Shown: positions 1 to 9,164 of the stretch, in pieces
How the letters are laid out: each line of letters opens with the position of its first letter
How positions within the stretch are numbered: position 1 is the first letter of the stretch
NCBI GenBank assembly: GCA_963709585.1
Contig: CAVPXI010000007.1
Location: 32,001 to 96,000 of the forward strand
Source: Candidatus Dormiibacterota bacterium
Lineage (GTDB): Bacteria > Chloroflexota > Dormibacteria > Aeolococcales > Aeolococcaceae
Direction of reading: 5' to 3'
Length of the DNA: 64,000 bases
Position numbers and translations under genes: made by a program
The notes under the pieces: model-generated
What the model was told of the DNA's origin: nothing
Database searches by the model: none
The model's input: only the letters and a program-made list of their open reading frames with translations

Positions 1-177
1 GAACTCGATGTCATCCGGGTAATGCGCGGCATAGTCGAGGTGCGTGTTGAGGGGATGCGCCATCCCGAAGAACGACACCGTGTGCCCGGCCGCAATCTGC
101 AGATCGGCCAGGTCCTCCATGTACGCTTCCGCGCCACCACGACGGTAGAGGAACTTGTTGACGTGGAGTATCCGCAC
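1..177 (-). CDS. Glycosyltransferase family 4, N-terminal part (runs off window edge)
   Basis: Manual translation from GTG at 177: MRILHVNKFLYRRGGAEAYMEDLADLQIAAGHTVSFFGM, a typical GT4 N-terminus; not in the ORF track. Confidence 0.85.
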   Translation of the reverse strand, partial: MRILHVNKFLYRRGGAEAYMEDLADLQIAAGHTVSFFGMAHPLNTHLDYAAHYPDDIEF

Positions 178-226
178 TAGCGGCCTGCCTGCCAGATCTG
201 GGGTGTGGCTCGGGACAATCGGCCCG

Positions 227-1717
227 CTACACGCCCACCAACACGGGGGCGGGTTCCTCCACCGGAGGCGGCAGGCCGAGCAGTTCGGCGTTCTCGCGGT
301 ATCTCGTCACGGCATATGCAGCCGCCGCAAAGGCGACGTAATACCAGAGGACGACGACCTGGGTGATCACATTCGACACCAGGCTGATGAGCATGAAGGC
401 GATGACGCAGGAGGCGAAGCCGACCGCGATTGATCGTTCATAGCTCCACATTCGCCGTCGCGTGAATTTCATGGCCTGTCGGGCGACAAGCACCATGCTG
501 ACGAGGAGCGCAAGGTATGCGATGGTCCCGACGATTCCGGTCTCCACGTAGGCGCGAAGGAAGTCGTTGTGGGGCTCCTTCTGCTGACTGGTCGCCAGCG
601 AGCTCATGTTCAGCCCGATGCCGGTGATGGGATCCTTGTTCGCGAGCGGGAGCACCTGGTTCCAGTAGTCGAAACGCCACGAGAGCGAATTGGACGCGTA
701 GCCGGTCGCGCTGTTCGAGCTGCCCAGGTCGGCGAAACGCTGCAGGATCGTCGGGACAGCCACCAGCGAGACCATGACTGCGACGAGCATCACTCCGAGC
801 ATGAGCCGGCGCCGCCCCATGATCGCGACGGCGAACACGCCGACCACGGCTGCGATCCAGGCACTCCGGGTGAACGTGAAGTAGAGACAGATCGCGCAGC
901 ACGCCAGCAGTATCGACATGCCGATCTTCTTCTTCTGCGCCAGGTGAGGCAGCAGCGCGACCCCCATGATGATGAGCATCGTCAGGTAGATCGCGAAGGG
1001 ATTTGGCTGGGCGAACGTCCCCTCGAATCGGGAGAACCCACCGCTCGTGAACTGGGAGTGATGGGTGATCACGTTGAAGAGCGTGTAGCCGACCGGAAGA
1101 AGTGCCGAGACGTAGATCGATGCGATCAGCCGCTTGATCATCTCGCGATCGACGAGCATCACTTCGAGCACAGCGAGCATGGTCACGACGGCCGTCACCC
1201 GAAGGGCCTCCAGTGCGCTGACGGTCACGCTCGCGGAATCGATGACGCTGAGGAAGCCCGCGAGCGCGAAGAGGATCAGACACACACGATGGATCGACAT
1301 CGGCGGCGACTTCCGGCCCGCGCGCATCCGCGTGAGCATCCAGAAGAAGGCGGTCACGATGAACAGGATTGCCAGGGCTCCGGTCGGATCGAGCCCGGCG
1401 GCCGAGGAGGTCGCGGCGTTGACCCCGGCGGCGCCGCCGTTACCCGCACCGGTCTTGGTGATGTCGAGGCTGGCACGAATCGCGATCGTCGTGAACACGA
1501 AGTTCTCGAAGTTGACGATGCCGAGCGCGAAAAGGCCAAGTCCGACGAACGCGCTGACCGGAACAACGAGCAGCAGCTTGTTGCCGCCGAGTGCCGCCTC
1601 GACGCTCGTCTCGACCGCGAGCGCGAGGATGACGATCGCAATCAGCAGGAACCCGGCCTTGGCACGCGGGGTCATCTCCCCAACACCCGTGGGCCGTCGC
1701 ACACTGACCGTCGACAT
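227..1717 (-). CDS. O-antigen ligase/Wzy-type polysaccharide polymerase family membrane protein
   Basis: Many TM segments; motifs GTFAQPN, TFTRSAW, WRFDYW, GIG and EPHNDFLRAYVETGIVG match Wzy_C; start placed at MSTV. Confidence 0.85.
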   Translation of the reverse strand: MSTVSVRRPTGVGEMTPRAKAGFLLIAIVILALAVETSVEAALGGNKLLLVVPVSAFVGLGLFALGIVNFENFVFTTIAIRASLDITKTGAGNGGAAGVNAATSSAAGLDPTGALAILFIVTAFFWMLTRMRAGRKSPPMSIHRVCLILFALAGFLSVIDSASVTVSALEALRVTAVVTMLAVLEVMLVDREMIKRLIASIYVSALLPVGYTLFNVITHHSQFTSGGFSRFEGTFAQPNPFAIYLTMLIIMGVALLPHLAQKKKIGMSILLACCAICLYFTFTRSAWIAAVVGVFAVAIMGRRRLMLGVMLVAVMVSLVAVPTILQRFADLGSSNSATGYASNSLSWRFDYWNQVLPLANKDPITGIGLNMSSLATSQQKEPHNDFLRAYVETGIVGTIAYLALLVSMVLVARQAMKFTRRRMWSYERSIAVGFASCVIAFMLISLVSNVITQVVVLWYYVAFAAAAYAVTRYRENAELLGLPPPVEEPAPVLVGV

Positions 1718-1853
1718 CAACCCGTTCCCCTCGTTCTCAGACAACTCGCACCGCACGTCACGCGCGGAGCCACCTCCCGTTGCGCCGCACCAGCGTTCCC
1801 CGAGTGATCCCCTCGGATGCCGTTCGCCTCTTCAGTGTACGGGCAGCCGCCGC

Positions 1854-3611
1854 TCATGGCAAGTTTGCGGTTATTACCGTGCTCTCGACATCGGCATCGG
1901 AATCGAGATCGACACCATCTTCGACCACCGGCGCGACGTCAGCGGACACCGGTGGCGCCGAGCGCTCGGCGGCACCGCCGGCGTGCCCCGAGGGACGAGC
2001 GCGCCGCAGCGCACGGCGCCAACCCGCGATCTCGTGGCCCGTGAGCACGTACATCGAGGCGGCGAGCACCGCAAGGCCAGCGAGCCCGGCCACCGGTGTG
2101 CGGATCAGCAGGTGAGTCCGGTCAAGCGATCCGTCGAGATCGAACGCTATGGACGCCGCGATCATCGCCGCAGCGCTGAGCACTGATGCGACGGCGAGCT
2201 TGAGCGCGAAAGGGACCAGCCCTCGAGCTGGGCTGCCGTCGAGACGCGACAGCCGATACCACGCGTGCCCCACGTTCACGAACTGCGAGAGCGAGTAGGC
2301 GAGGGCGACGCCGATGATGGCCTGCTGGGTGCCGAACCCGAATGGGAGCATCAAGAGGGGCAGCAGCACCAGGTTCGCCGCGACGCCGTATATCGTGTTG
2401 CGCAGGGGCATGCGAGTGTCGAGCCGGGCGAAGAAGGGCGCGAGCAGCGCTCGCTGCACGGCGGACCCGACGAGGCTGATCGAGTAGATCGCGAGCACCG
2501 TGCCCAGAAGGGCGGCACTGGTGCGGGTGAAGTTGCCACGCTGAAAGACGGCCAGGACCGCCGGCTTTGCGAGGACCGCCATGAACGCCGTCAGGGGCAG
2601 GCTGATCGCCAGCATGATGCGCAGGCCGAGCCCGGTGAAGCGGCGCACCTCCTCCTGATCACCGCGATTGTGCGCGTCGGTGAGTCGTGGAATCAGCGCG
2701 ACGCTGACCGAACGGAAGAAGACCGTGCCGCCAACCGCTGACACCAGCAGATAGCCGTAATTGAGGATGGTGATCGAACCGGTCGGTAGGAGCGACACCA
2801 GCACCTGCTCGCCGAGGCGGGCAACCGGGTTGAGGCCGGCGCCGCCGAGCGGACGGACGCACAGCTTTGCGATGCCGCGCAGATGCTCATCGCGAACATC
2901 GAGCGCCGGGCGGAACCTCAGGCCCTGACGCGCGGCCATCAGCGACATGAAGACGGCTTGTGCGCCGGCCCCGGCCAGGAATGCGAACGCGACCACGTGG
3001 ACGTCGGGCTGCAGACCGCCGACGAAAACCAGGATCAACGCGGCGGCCAGGCCGTTGAGCACCACGGTCATCAGCGCGGGTGCGACAAAGGCGTATCGGG
3101 CGTTCAGGTACGCGCGGAGCACCTCCGCCACCGCCACCAACGGGACCATCGCGAAGACGACCGGAACCATTGAGGCAGCAGTCTTGATCTCGTCGAATCC
3201 ATGAAGCGAGCCCTGCGGGATGCCTGGTGCCGTGAGATGCACCAGTGGGGTGGCGACGAGCCACGACACGAGCACCAGCGCGCCACCGGCCACGATGACG
3301 GCGCAGAGGACCATCGAGATGAGATGGTCGGTAGGACGCTCTCCACGTCGGGTGGCCGATGTCCGGAAAGCCGGGACGAGCGCCTGGTTTGCGGCGACCA
3401 TCACCACCGCGATCAGCCCCAAGGGTATTCGTGATGCCACGAAAAACGCGTCGGTCCTTTGGCCCGCACCGAAGCGGATCGCGATGGTGAAATCGAGCAC
3501 CAACCCGGCCGCAACGCCCGCAGCTGCGGCGATTCCTGTCAGGCCCGACTGGCGCACCACGTTGCGGCTCGACTGGCGTTCCGAGCCGGGCACGCTCGCT
3601 TGTGCGTTCAC
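1854..3611 (-). CDS. MurJ/MviN-like lipid-linked oligosaccharide flippase
   Basis: FGAGQRTDAFFVA, LIPRLT, FQRGNFT and FFARLDTRMP motifs of the MurJ family; about 14 TMs. Confidence 0.85.
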   Translation of the reverse strand: MNAQASVPGSERQSSRNVVRQSGLTGIAAAAGVAAGLVLDFTIAIRFGAGQRTDAFFVASRIPLGLIAVVMVAANQALVPAFRTSATRRGERPTDHLISMVLCAVIVAGGALVLVSWLVATPLVHLTAPGIPQGSLHGFDEIKTAASMVPVVFAMVPLVAVAEVLRAYLNARYAFVAPALMTVVLNGLAAALILVFVGGLQPDVHVVAFAFLAGAGAQAVFMSLMAARQGLRFRPALDVRDEHLRGIAKLCVRPLGGAGLNPVARLGEQVLVSLLPTGSITILNYGYLLVSAVGGTVFFRSVSVALIPRLTDAHNRGDQEEVRRFTGLGLRIMLAISLPLTAFMAVLAKPAVLAVFQRGNFTRTSAALLGTVLAIYSISLVGSAVQRALLAPFFARLDTRMPLRNTIYGVAANLVLLPLLMLPFGFGTQQAIIGVALAYSLSQFVNVGHAWYRLSRLDGSPARGLVPFALKLAVASVLSAAAMIAASIAFDLDGSLDRTHLLIRTPVAGLAGLAVLAASMYVLTGHEIAGWRRALRRARPSGHAGGAAERSAPPVSADVAPVVEDGVDLDSDADVESTVITANLP

Positions 3612-3619
3612 CGTACCGG

Positions 3620-5536
3620 CTAGGCGGCCCGGCCCTCGGCCTGGAGACGCAGGGCCTCATCGAGGCGGTCCTGAAGCTGATCGCACAGCGCTCGAACCCG
3701 AGGATCGATCTCGAGTTGACGCTGCCCACTCGGAGCGCGGGGCGCGATGTGCTCGATGAGCTCTGGCCGGAACGGGAAGCCGAGAAACTGGCAGATGGAC
3801 TGCATCGCGCTTGATGGCGACGCCAGCACATGCTGGTAGGAGGTGAGCAGGATGTCATCGCGACGATCGAGTCCCAGCTCAAAGTAGAGACCGTTGCGCG
3901 TCCACCAGAACAGGGCCGCCGCCGTCTCCGGGGACATCGTCGCGTAGTCAAAGCTGCGCAACTGCTCGAGCGTGGCGTCGGAGAGTCCCTGAGCCTGCCA
4001 CATCCCGGGTTGCCTGCCTGCCGCGATGTCACCGAGAACGAGCAGATTGTTGCGCCCGAATTTCGACACTGCGGACCGAGCCCGGCCGTCGACATCGCGG
4101 TACGCCCAGATCGCGCGACCCGGACTTGGGGTCGCGATCGAGTCCAGAAGGTGCGTGACGCGATGAGAATCGCAGAGCGGCTTGAAGAGGACGAATTGAT
4201 GCCTGCTCGCGGTCACGATGCGCCGTATCGCAGCGTCGTCCCGGAGCATGTAGCGATCGAACGCGGCGCGATCGTTCTCGTTGTGGATCTCGAACTCGGG
4301 CGCGGTGTCGAGGCCGCGCGCGAGCATGTTCGTTCCCGACCGCTGCAGACCAACCAGGTAGACCGGGATGGCGGATCCAGGGATATGCGGATGTGATCTC
4401 CGCCACCGCCATTTTGCTGACGCCACCTGCACCCGGGTCAAGGGGTTGAGTTGATCCTCCTCGACCACGCGGGCAAGGCCCTCGGTCCGGATCCAGCGAA
4501 CGTGTCTGCGCACGCGGCGTGCGGTCCGGGCGGCCGCGCCCTCTCCGAGCGCAGCCCGATCAAAGATCGTCTCGGACGCCGGCGTGGGCGTGATCTGCGA
4601 GCGCAGCGTGTACCCGTAATGCAGGAGAAGGGGCAGCGTGAGAGCGCCGACCAGACGTTGATCGCGCCGCGGCATCGCGGTGCGCCAACGATCGTCCGGG
4701 CGGAGATGTATCGAGCCATGACGAAGGCGGTCCGGATTCCCCGCAACACTGTGGTTGAGCGAGGTGACCGCCCCGCCGCCGGCGACCAATGGCAGGCTGG
4801 CGTCCTCCATTTCCACCATCGAGAGGATTCGGCGGAGCGACGCCTCTGGATGCGCGATGAAGTCCTCGTAGCGGACTCGGACGTATCGATCCGGAGGGCC
4901 GCCGAAGAGCAGGCCGCCCGCCACATTCCAGAGATCCCACAAGACCGCGCTCTTGGCCGGTCCGATCTGCTCCATATGGGACCGGGAAGCTCCATCGGTC
5001 AGAGGTTTGCGGCTCGACCACGAGTGTGCGGCACCCCGCGGATCCCTGATCAGGTGGACGACGCGAAGGTCGATGTCAGGGGTCGCCGCCAGCACGTTTG
5101 CGTATGCAGGAAGCTTTGACGAGTCGATGATGACCCGGCTTCCGGTCACGTGTGCCATGGCTGCGTAGACATCGCCGAGCGCGGCCCGGTCACGCACGCC
5201 CGAGAGGGATCGCGCCGGGTCGAGCTCGGGTCGCAGGCTGCCGACCAGGATCGCGGGGAGGTTGCGAATCCTGCCAGTGCGCGCGAGCAGGGAGACGACG
5301 CCCTCGATGCGGTCGGGATTGTCGAGATGGCCGGATTCTGCGAGCACACGCTTCCATACGGGGCACTCGCGCACGGGCACGCCGCAGCCGCAGAGACGGC
5401 GCTCGGCGAGACCGCGCTGCCACAGGTAGCGGACTTCGCCGGCCGCAAAGCAACCCTCGACCTCGCCGAGAAGGCTGGCAAGGAGCGTGCTACCGCTCCG
5501 GCCGGTCCCGGCGATGTAGATGACTGACGTAGACAT
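3620..5536 (-). CDS. Tandem two-domain PAPS-dependent sulfotransferase
   Basis: Domain 1 has GTGRSGSTLL, LIRDPR and VRYEDF; domain 2 has GLQRSGTNML, AYRDVD and SYQHV. Confidence 0.8.
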   Translation of the reverse strand: MSTSVIYIAGTGRSGSTLLASLLGEVEGCFAAGEVRYLWQRGLAERRLCGCGVPVRECPVWKRVLAESGHLDNPDRIEGVVSLLARTGRIRNLPAILVGSLRPELDPARSLSGVRDRAALGDVYAAMAHVTGSRVIIDSSKLPAYANVLAATPDIDLRVVHLIRDPRGAAHSWSSRKPLTDGASRSHMEQIGPAKSAVLWDLWNVAGGLLFGGPPDRYVRVRYEDFIAHPEASLRRILSMVEMEDASLPLVAGGGAVTSLNHSVAGNPDRLRHGSIHLRPDDRWRTAMPRRDQRLVGALTLPLLLHYGYTLRSQITPTPASETIFDRAALGEGAAARTARRVRRHVRWIRTEGLARVVEEDQLNPLTRVQVASAKWRWRRSHPHIPGSAIPVYLVGLQRSGTNMLARGLDTAPEFEIHNENDRAAFDRYMLRDDAAIRRIVTASRHQFVLFKPLCDSHRVTHLLDSIATPSPGRAIWAYRDVDGRARSAVSKFGRNNLLVLGDIAAGRQPGMWQAQGLSDATLEQLRSFDYATMSPETAAALFWWTRNGLYFELGLDRRDDILLTSYQHVLASPSSAMQSICQFLGFPFRPELIEHIAPRAPSGQRQLEIDPRVRALCDQLQDRLDEALRLQAEGRAA

Positions 5537-5580
5537 CGGTTTAGCGCGTCCCGCCGCCGCCAACGTATGGCGGCATCACG

Positions 5581-6984
5581 CTACCGGCTCGGAACGGCCT
5601 GCTGAGGGTCGGCCTCAGGATCGACCACTGCCGCACGGTCGGCGTGGCCGTTCCCGTTCGCATGGCCGTTCCCGTTGGCGCGCCCGTTGCCATTGGCATG
5701 GGCGTTCCCGTTGGCATGGGCGTTCCCGTTGGCATGGGCGTTCCCGTTGGCATGACCGTTCCCGTTGCCATTGCCGTTGCCGTTCGCGTGGCCGTTGCCA
5801 TTCCCAAACGGCGTTGTGGCTGGGGCCACGGCCGCAGCCGCGGGGCGGGCAAACGTCGCTGCGGGAGTCGCTGCAGGGCTCGGGCGCCACGGGTCTCGAG
5901 GCGCCACCGGCGCCACAGGGGCCAAGGGGGCCACCGCCGCCGCCGTATGCGCTGCAGATACGGGTTCTGCAACGGTGGCCGGTGTTGCGGCAACGCCAGT
6001 ACGCGGTACCAGCTGCGGATCCCAGGCGAAGGCTCCCTGCGCGAGCTCGGGCTTGGCGACCGAGCTTCGGTTCGATCGCATCAACTCGAGGACGAGGATG
6101 AGGCCCAACATCATCAGAAGGCCGAGAGCGAACGCGATCCCGACGAACTTGATGGTGTTCGAGAGCTTCGACAGGCGACCGACGTCGTAGGCACTGACTG
6201 TGGCCGCGTTCCCGTCGGTGGCGATGAGCGCCTGGGCGTCAACGACTTCCTGGGTGGCGTGGTCGTTCGCGCTGATCGCGGCAGCCCTGGCATTCGAAAG
6301 GTCCTGAAACTGGGACACCTCATTGCCATACAGGGTCACCAGCTTCTCATCGTTCGCGATGAGCACGAGAGCGCCGTTTTCGGCTCTCACGTCGCCGGCT
6401 GCTTTGGCCCGTGCGTAGATGGCTTGTTCGATAAGGAGCTGCGACTGCGCGGTGTTGTACGCGCTCTGTGGCGATGTGGTCCCGTTCGTCGCGACCCAGT
6501 TGGTGATGTTGGTGTTCGCCAAGTTGAGCAGCGTCGTAGCGTTCTTCTGTGCGGCCAACGCATCTGCGAGGCGTGGCTGGGCGATCGCATTCATCGCATC
6601 CACCGTGGCTTCGCGCACCGCCCCCACGAGGTTCTGACCGTGCTTACCCTGCAAGGTCACGTGAATGATGTTGCTTCCGGCTGTGATCGTGCTGGCACTG
6701 AGGCCGGCGGCGAGATCACTGATCGGGATCTGGTATTTCTGAGAGACCTCCGTCAGGACCGGCTGGGACACAAGGACGTCCTTGAAACCGGCGACGTACT
6801 GGGTTGCGGCGCTGGAGGACGAGCCGTTCCCGCTGATGGCCGGCACCACGACAGTCGCGTCCGCCTCGTAGATCGAGGGCTGCAACTCCATGAAGCCCCC
6901 GGTGAGCAGTGCCGCGGCGATTGGCACGGCGATGACCAACCATAGAATGCGCCGGATTGCGCGTAGGTAGTCGCGAATCTCCAT
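5581..6984 (-). CDS. Wzz/CpsC-like polysaccharide chain-length determinant with low-complexity C-tail
   Basis: MEIRDYLRAIRR start, TM, YEADATVVV, helical region, second TM, then Ala/Pro-rich and Asn-Gly-His repeat tail. Confidence 0.7.
   Translation of the reverse strand: MEIRDYLRAIRRILWLVIAVPIAAALLTGGFMELQPSIYEADATVVVPAISGNGSSSSAATQYVAGFKDVLVSQPVLTEVSQKYQIPISDLAAGLSASTITAGSNIIHVTLQGKHGQNLVGAVREATVDAMNAIAQPRLADALAAQKNATTLLNLANTNITNWVATNGTTSPQSAYNTAQSQLLIEQAIYARAKAAGDVRAENGALVLIANDEKLVTLYGNEVSQFQDLSNARAAAISANDHATQEVVDAQALIATDGNAATVSAYDVGRLSKLSNTIKFVGIAFALGLLMMLGLILVLELMRSNRSSVAKPELAQGAFAWDPQLVPRTGVAATPATVAEPVSAAHTAAAVAPLAPVAPVAPRDPWRPSPAATPAATFARPAAAAVAPATTPFGNGNGHANGNGNGNGNGHANGNAHANGNAHANGNAHANGNGRANGNGHANGNGHADRAAVVDPEADPQQAVPSR
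5640..5810 (-). repeat. 18-bp tandem repeat encoding (NGNAHA/NGNGHA)n
   Basis: Repeated GCGTTCCCGTTGGCATGG-like units; protein NGNGHANGNAHANGNAHANGNAHA. Confidence 0.9.
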
Positions 6985-7010
6985 GACCTGTTCAGACCCC
7001 CTTCAAGATT

Positions 7011-7811
7011 TCAGACATCGACGCCGCGACGGCGGACGCCACGCACAAGCATACCGGCACCAGCGATGAGAAGAACAACGCCCAACGTGAGCCACCCACC
7101 ACCGGCGCCCGTCGAGGGTGTGGAGGTGGTGATCCCCAGAACGCCTCCAACAGGTGTGGGGGTGCTTGTCGCGTCACCCACGCCACCAGTCGGTGTTGGG
7201 GTCGGCGTGGCACCGCCCACGCCACCGGTCGGTGACGGCGTCGGCGTCGGTGCCGCAGTGCAGCCGAGGACACGGATGAAGCCCGATGCGAGTGTTGCGC
7301 GATCTCTGCCGGGCACACCCTTCCACGGGGCCCAGACGTCCAGCTGGAAATAGCCACACGTGTCGAATGCGTAGGTCAACGAGATCGTCTGGCTGGCGTT
7401 CGGAGCCCAGGTCTCGCTAAACGCCTGCGTACCGGGGATCAGCGCTTGTGTGGTCCCGGTTGGACCATTGAAGGTGATCCCGGGTTGCCCGGGCTGACCG
7501 TCAGCGACATTTGTGCCGTTGTACGTGAGGATGTGATGAGCAGAAAAGTTGAGCGCAACGGTATGTGCCTGGCTGGTGAGGTTCTTCGTGGCGACGTCGA
7601 AGTTGATCATCACCGGCCCACCCGAGATGTCGTACGACGCCGGACTGCTCATGAACCCTGTCGGAGCAGCGGCGGACACGATGCCTTCGAAGTCGGGGTT
7701 CCCGGCCGCCATCACCGCCTGCGACGTCAATAGAGCTGCGCCGATTGTCACTGTTCCGGCCAGCCCGCACAGGCCACCCAATCGCTTCAACATGACTCCC
7801 TTCCTATCCAT
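7011..7811 (-). CDS. Secreted protein with PT-rich linker and sortase-like C-terminal anchor
   Basis: Signal peptide ending AVMA; PTPTP repeats; TPSTG, hydrophobic helix and RRR tail. Confidence 0.7.
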   Translation of the reverse strand: MDRKGVMLKRLGGLCGLAGTVTIGAALLTSQAVMAAGNPDFEGIVSAAAPTGFMSSPASYDISGGPVMINFDVATKNLTSQAHTVALNFSAHHILTYNGTNVADGQPGQPGITFNGPTGTTQALIPGTQAFSETWAPNASQTISLTYAFDTCGYFQLDVWAPWKGVPGRDRATLASGFIRVLGCTAAPTPTPSPTGGVGGATPTPTPTGGVGDATSTPTPVGGVLGITTSTPSTGAGGGWLTLGVVLLIAGAGMLVRGVRRRGVDV

Positions 7812-7904
7812 GATCCTCCCCTCTCCGCGATGCTGCTCGCTCTGCGCGAGCGTCCTCAACCTCATGCATGAACATTATTCATCAATTCGGAAGAAGGGCA
7901 AGAA

Positions 7905-8817
7905 TCAATTCGCCAGCAGGGCATTGATCGCAGCGACGTCGGCCTTGGCCTCGAAGAGCTTGCCCGAGGGCGAGCGCAAGGAGACAAGCGCGTTACGAAC
8001 CGCAGTGACCGTCGCCTTGTTGGCTGGGAACCCGCTCGGGCTGAGGCTCATGACCGCCGCGACCGCTGACTCCACAACCTGCCTTGCGGCGGCGATCGAA
8101 GCCGATAGATCGGCGAGTCTGGCGACCTCAAGGCTGTGATTCGGGTTGCTGCCGGCCACGCCCGCGACGGCGGACTGGAGCTGCTGATACCGAGTTGCGA
8201 GGTCGTTGAGCTCACGCAGCTCCCCGCCACCGGCGATGGCCAGGTGCGTCATGGGCAGGATCAGGCCGGCAACGCGAGTTCGACGGACCGATGCTGGTGA
8301 CATCGCTCCGGAGCACGTCGGGAAGCGAATCGTTCACGATGCTCGAGCCGAGCCCAGCGAGCTGGGCGTTGACGCCGTAGAGCATGGACAGGAGCGTCGC
8401 CGAAAGGCTGCTGCCGGAAAGCGTGACGCTGTTCAGGAACGTGTCGGCCCGGACATCCGCGATCAGCGTGTTGACATACCCCTGGCGCTTGGCGATCTCT
8501 TTTGCCCCTGTCGTCTGGAGGCTGGTGAAAGCCTCGGAGCGAATCAGGGCGGTGACGCTGGTCAGCGCATTGATCTCGACTTGGACGCCGGCGGGTGCAC
8601 CGTCGCTCTGGACGGCGTTCGCCGCAGCCAGCTCAGCCTGGACGGCCTGGTCGATAGCGCTGTCGATGGTGTTGCCGGCCTGGGTGTACGAGGGAGGTGC
8701 GCTGGCCGGGATCCCGACCACGGCATTGCCGGCGACAGCCGAACAGCCGGCCAAGAGGAACCCGATTGCGGCCGCGCTTGCGATCAGCGACGATGATCTC
8801 GCCACAGGTCGTTCCAT
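7905..8817 (-). CDS. Putative helical lipoprotein (apparent frameshift near 8280)
   Basis: Lipobox LAGC; ORFs 8212-8907 and 7905-8303 join if one base is removed at GAGTTC 8276-8281. Confidence 0.6.
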
Positions 8818-9164
8818 GTCCCAACCACCCCCACGTGTTATCCCGGAGAAGTGTCCCCGACGGCTGCGCGTCGCCCTTCCGAGATTGGATCTGTCCGAAC
8901 GCATCATGACGTAGTGTGCCGTGTTTTGTCAAAAGTTTGGAGTTCATCTGCGCCCTCACGGGAGGGCATGAGAGCCACCGCTCGGCCCGAGGCCACGAAG
9001 CCCCGACGGCCGCGGGCGGAATCGCGTCAAGCGAACGGATAGCGTCATTTGATTTTCGCGGCTGGCAGCCGTACACTCAGCCGAAGGAACGGGTCCGGGA
9101 GCGCTGGCGGGCACCCAAGTCGCCGTTGGCGGCAGCGCTTCGTATCGACAGGGGGAAACGGGTC

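Noticed and set aside
5640-5810. Tandem repeat considered as a CRISPR array
   Set aside because: No unique spacers, in-frame coding repeat, and no cas genes.
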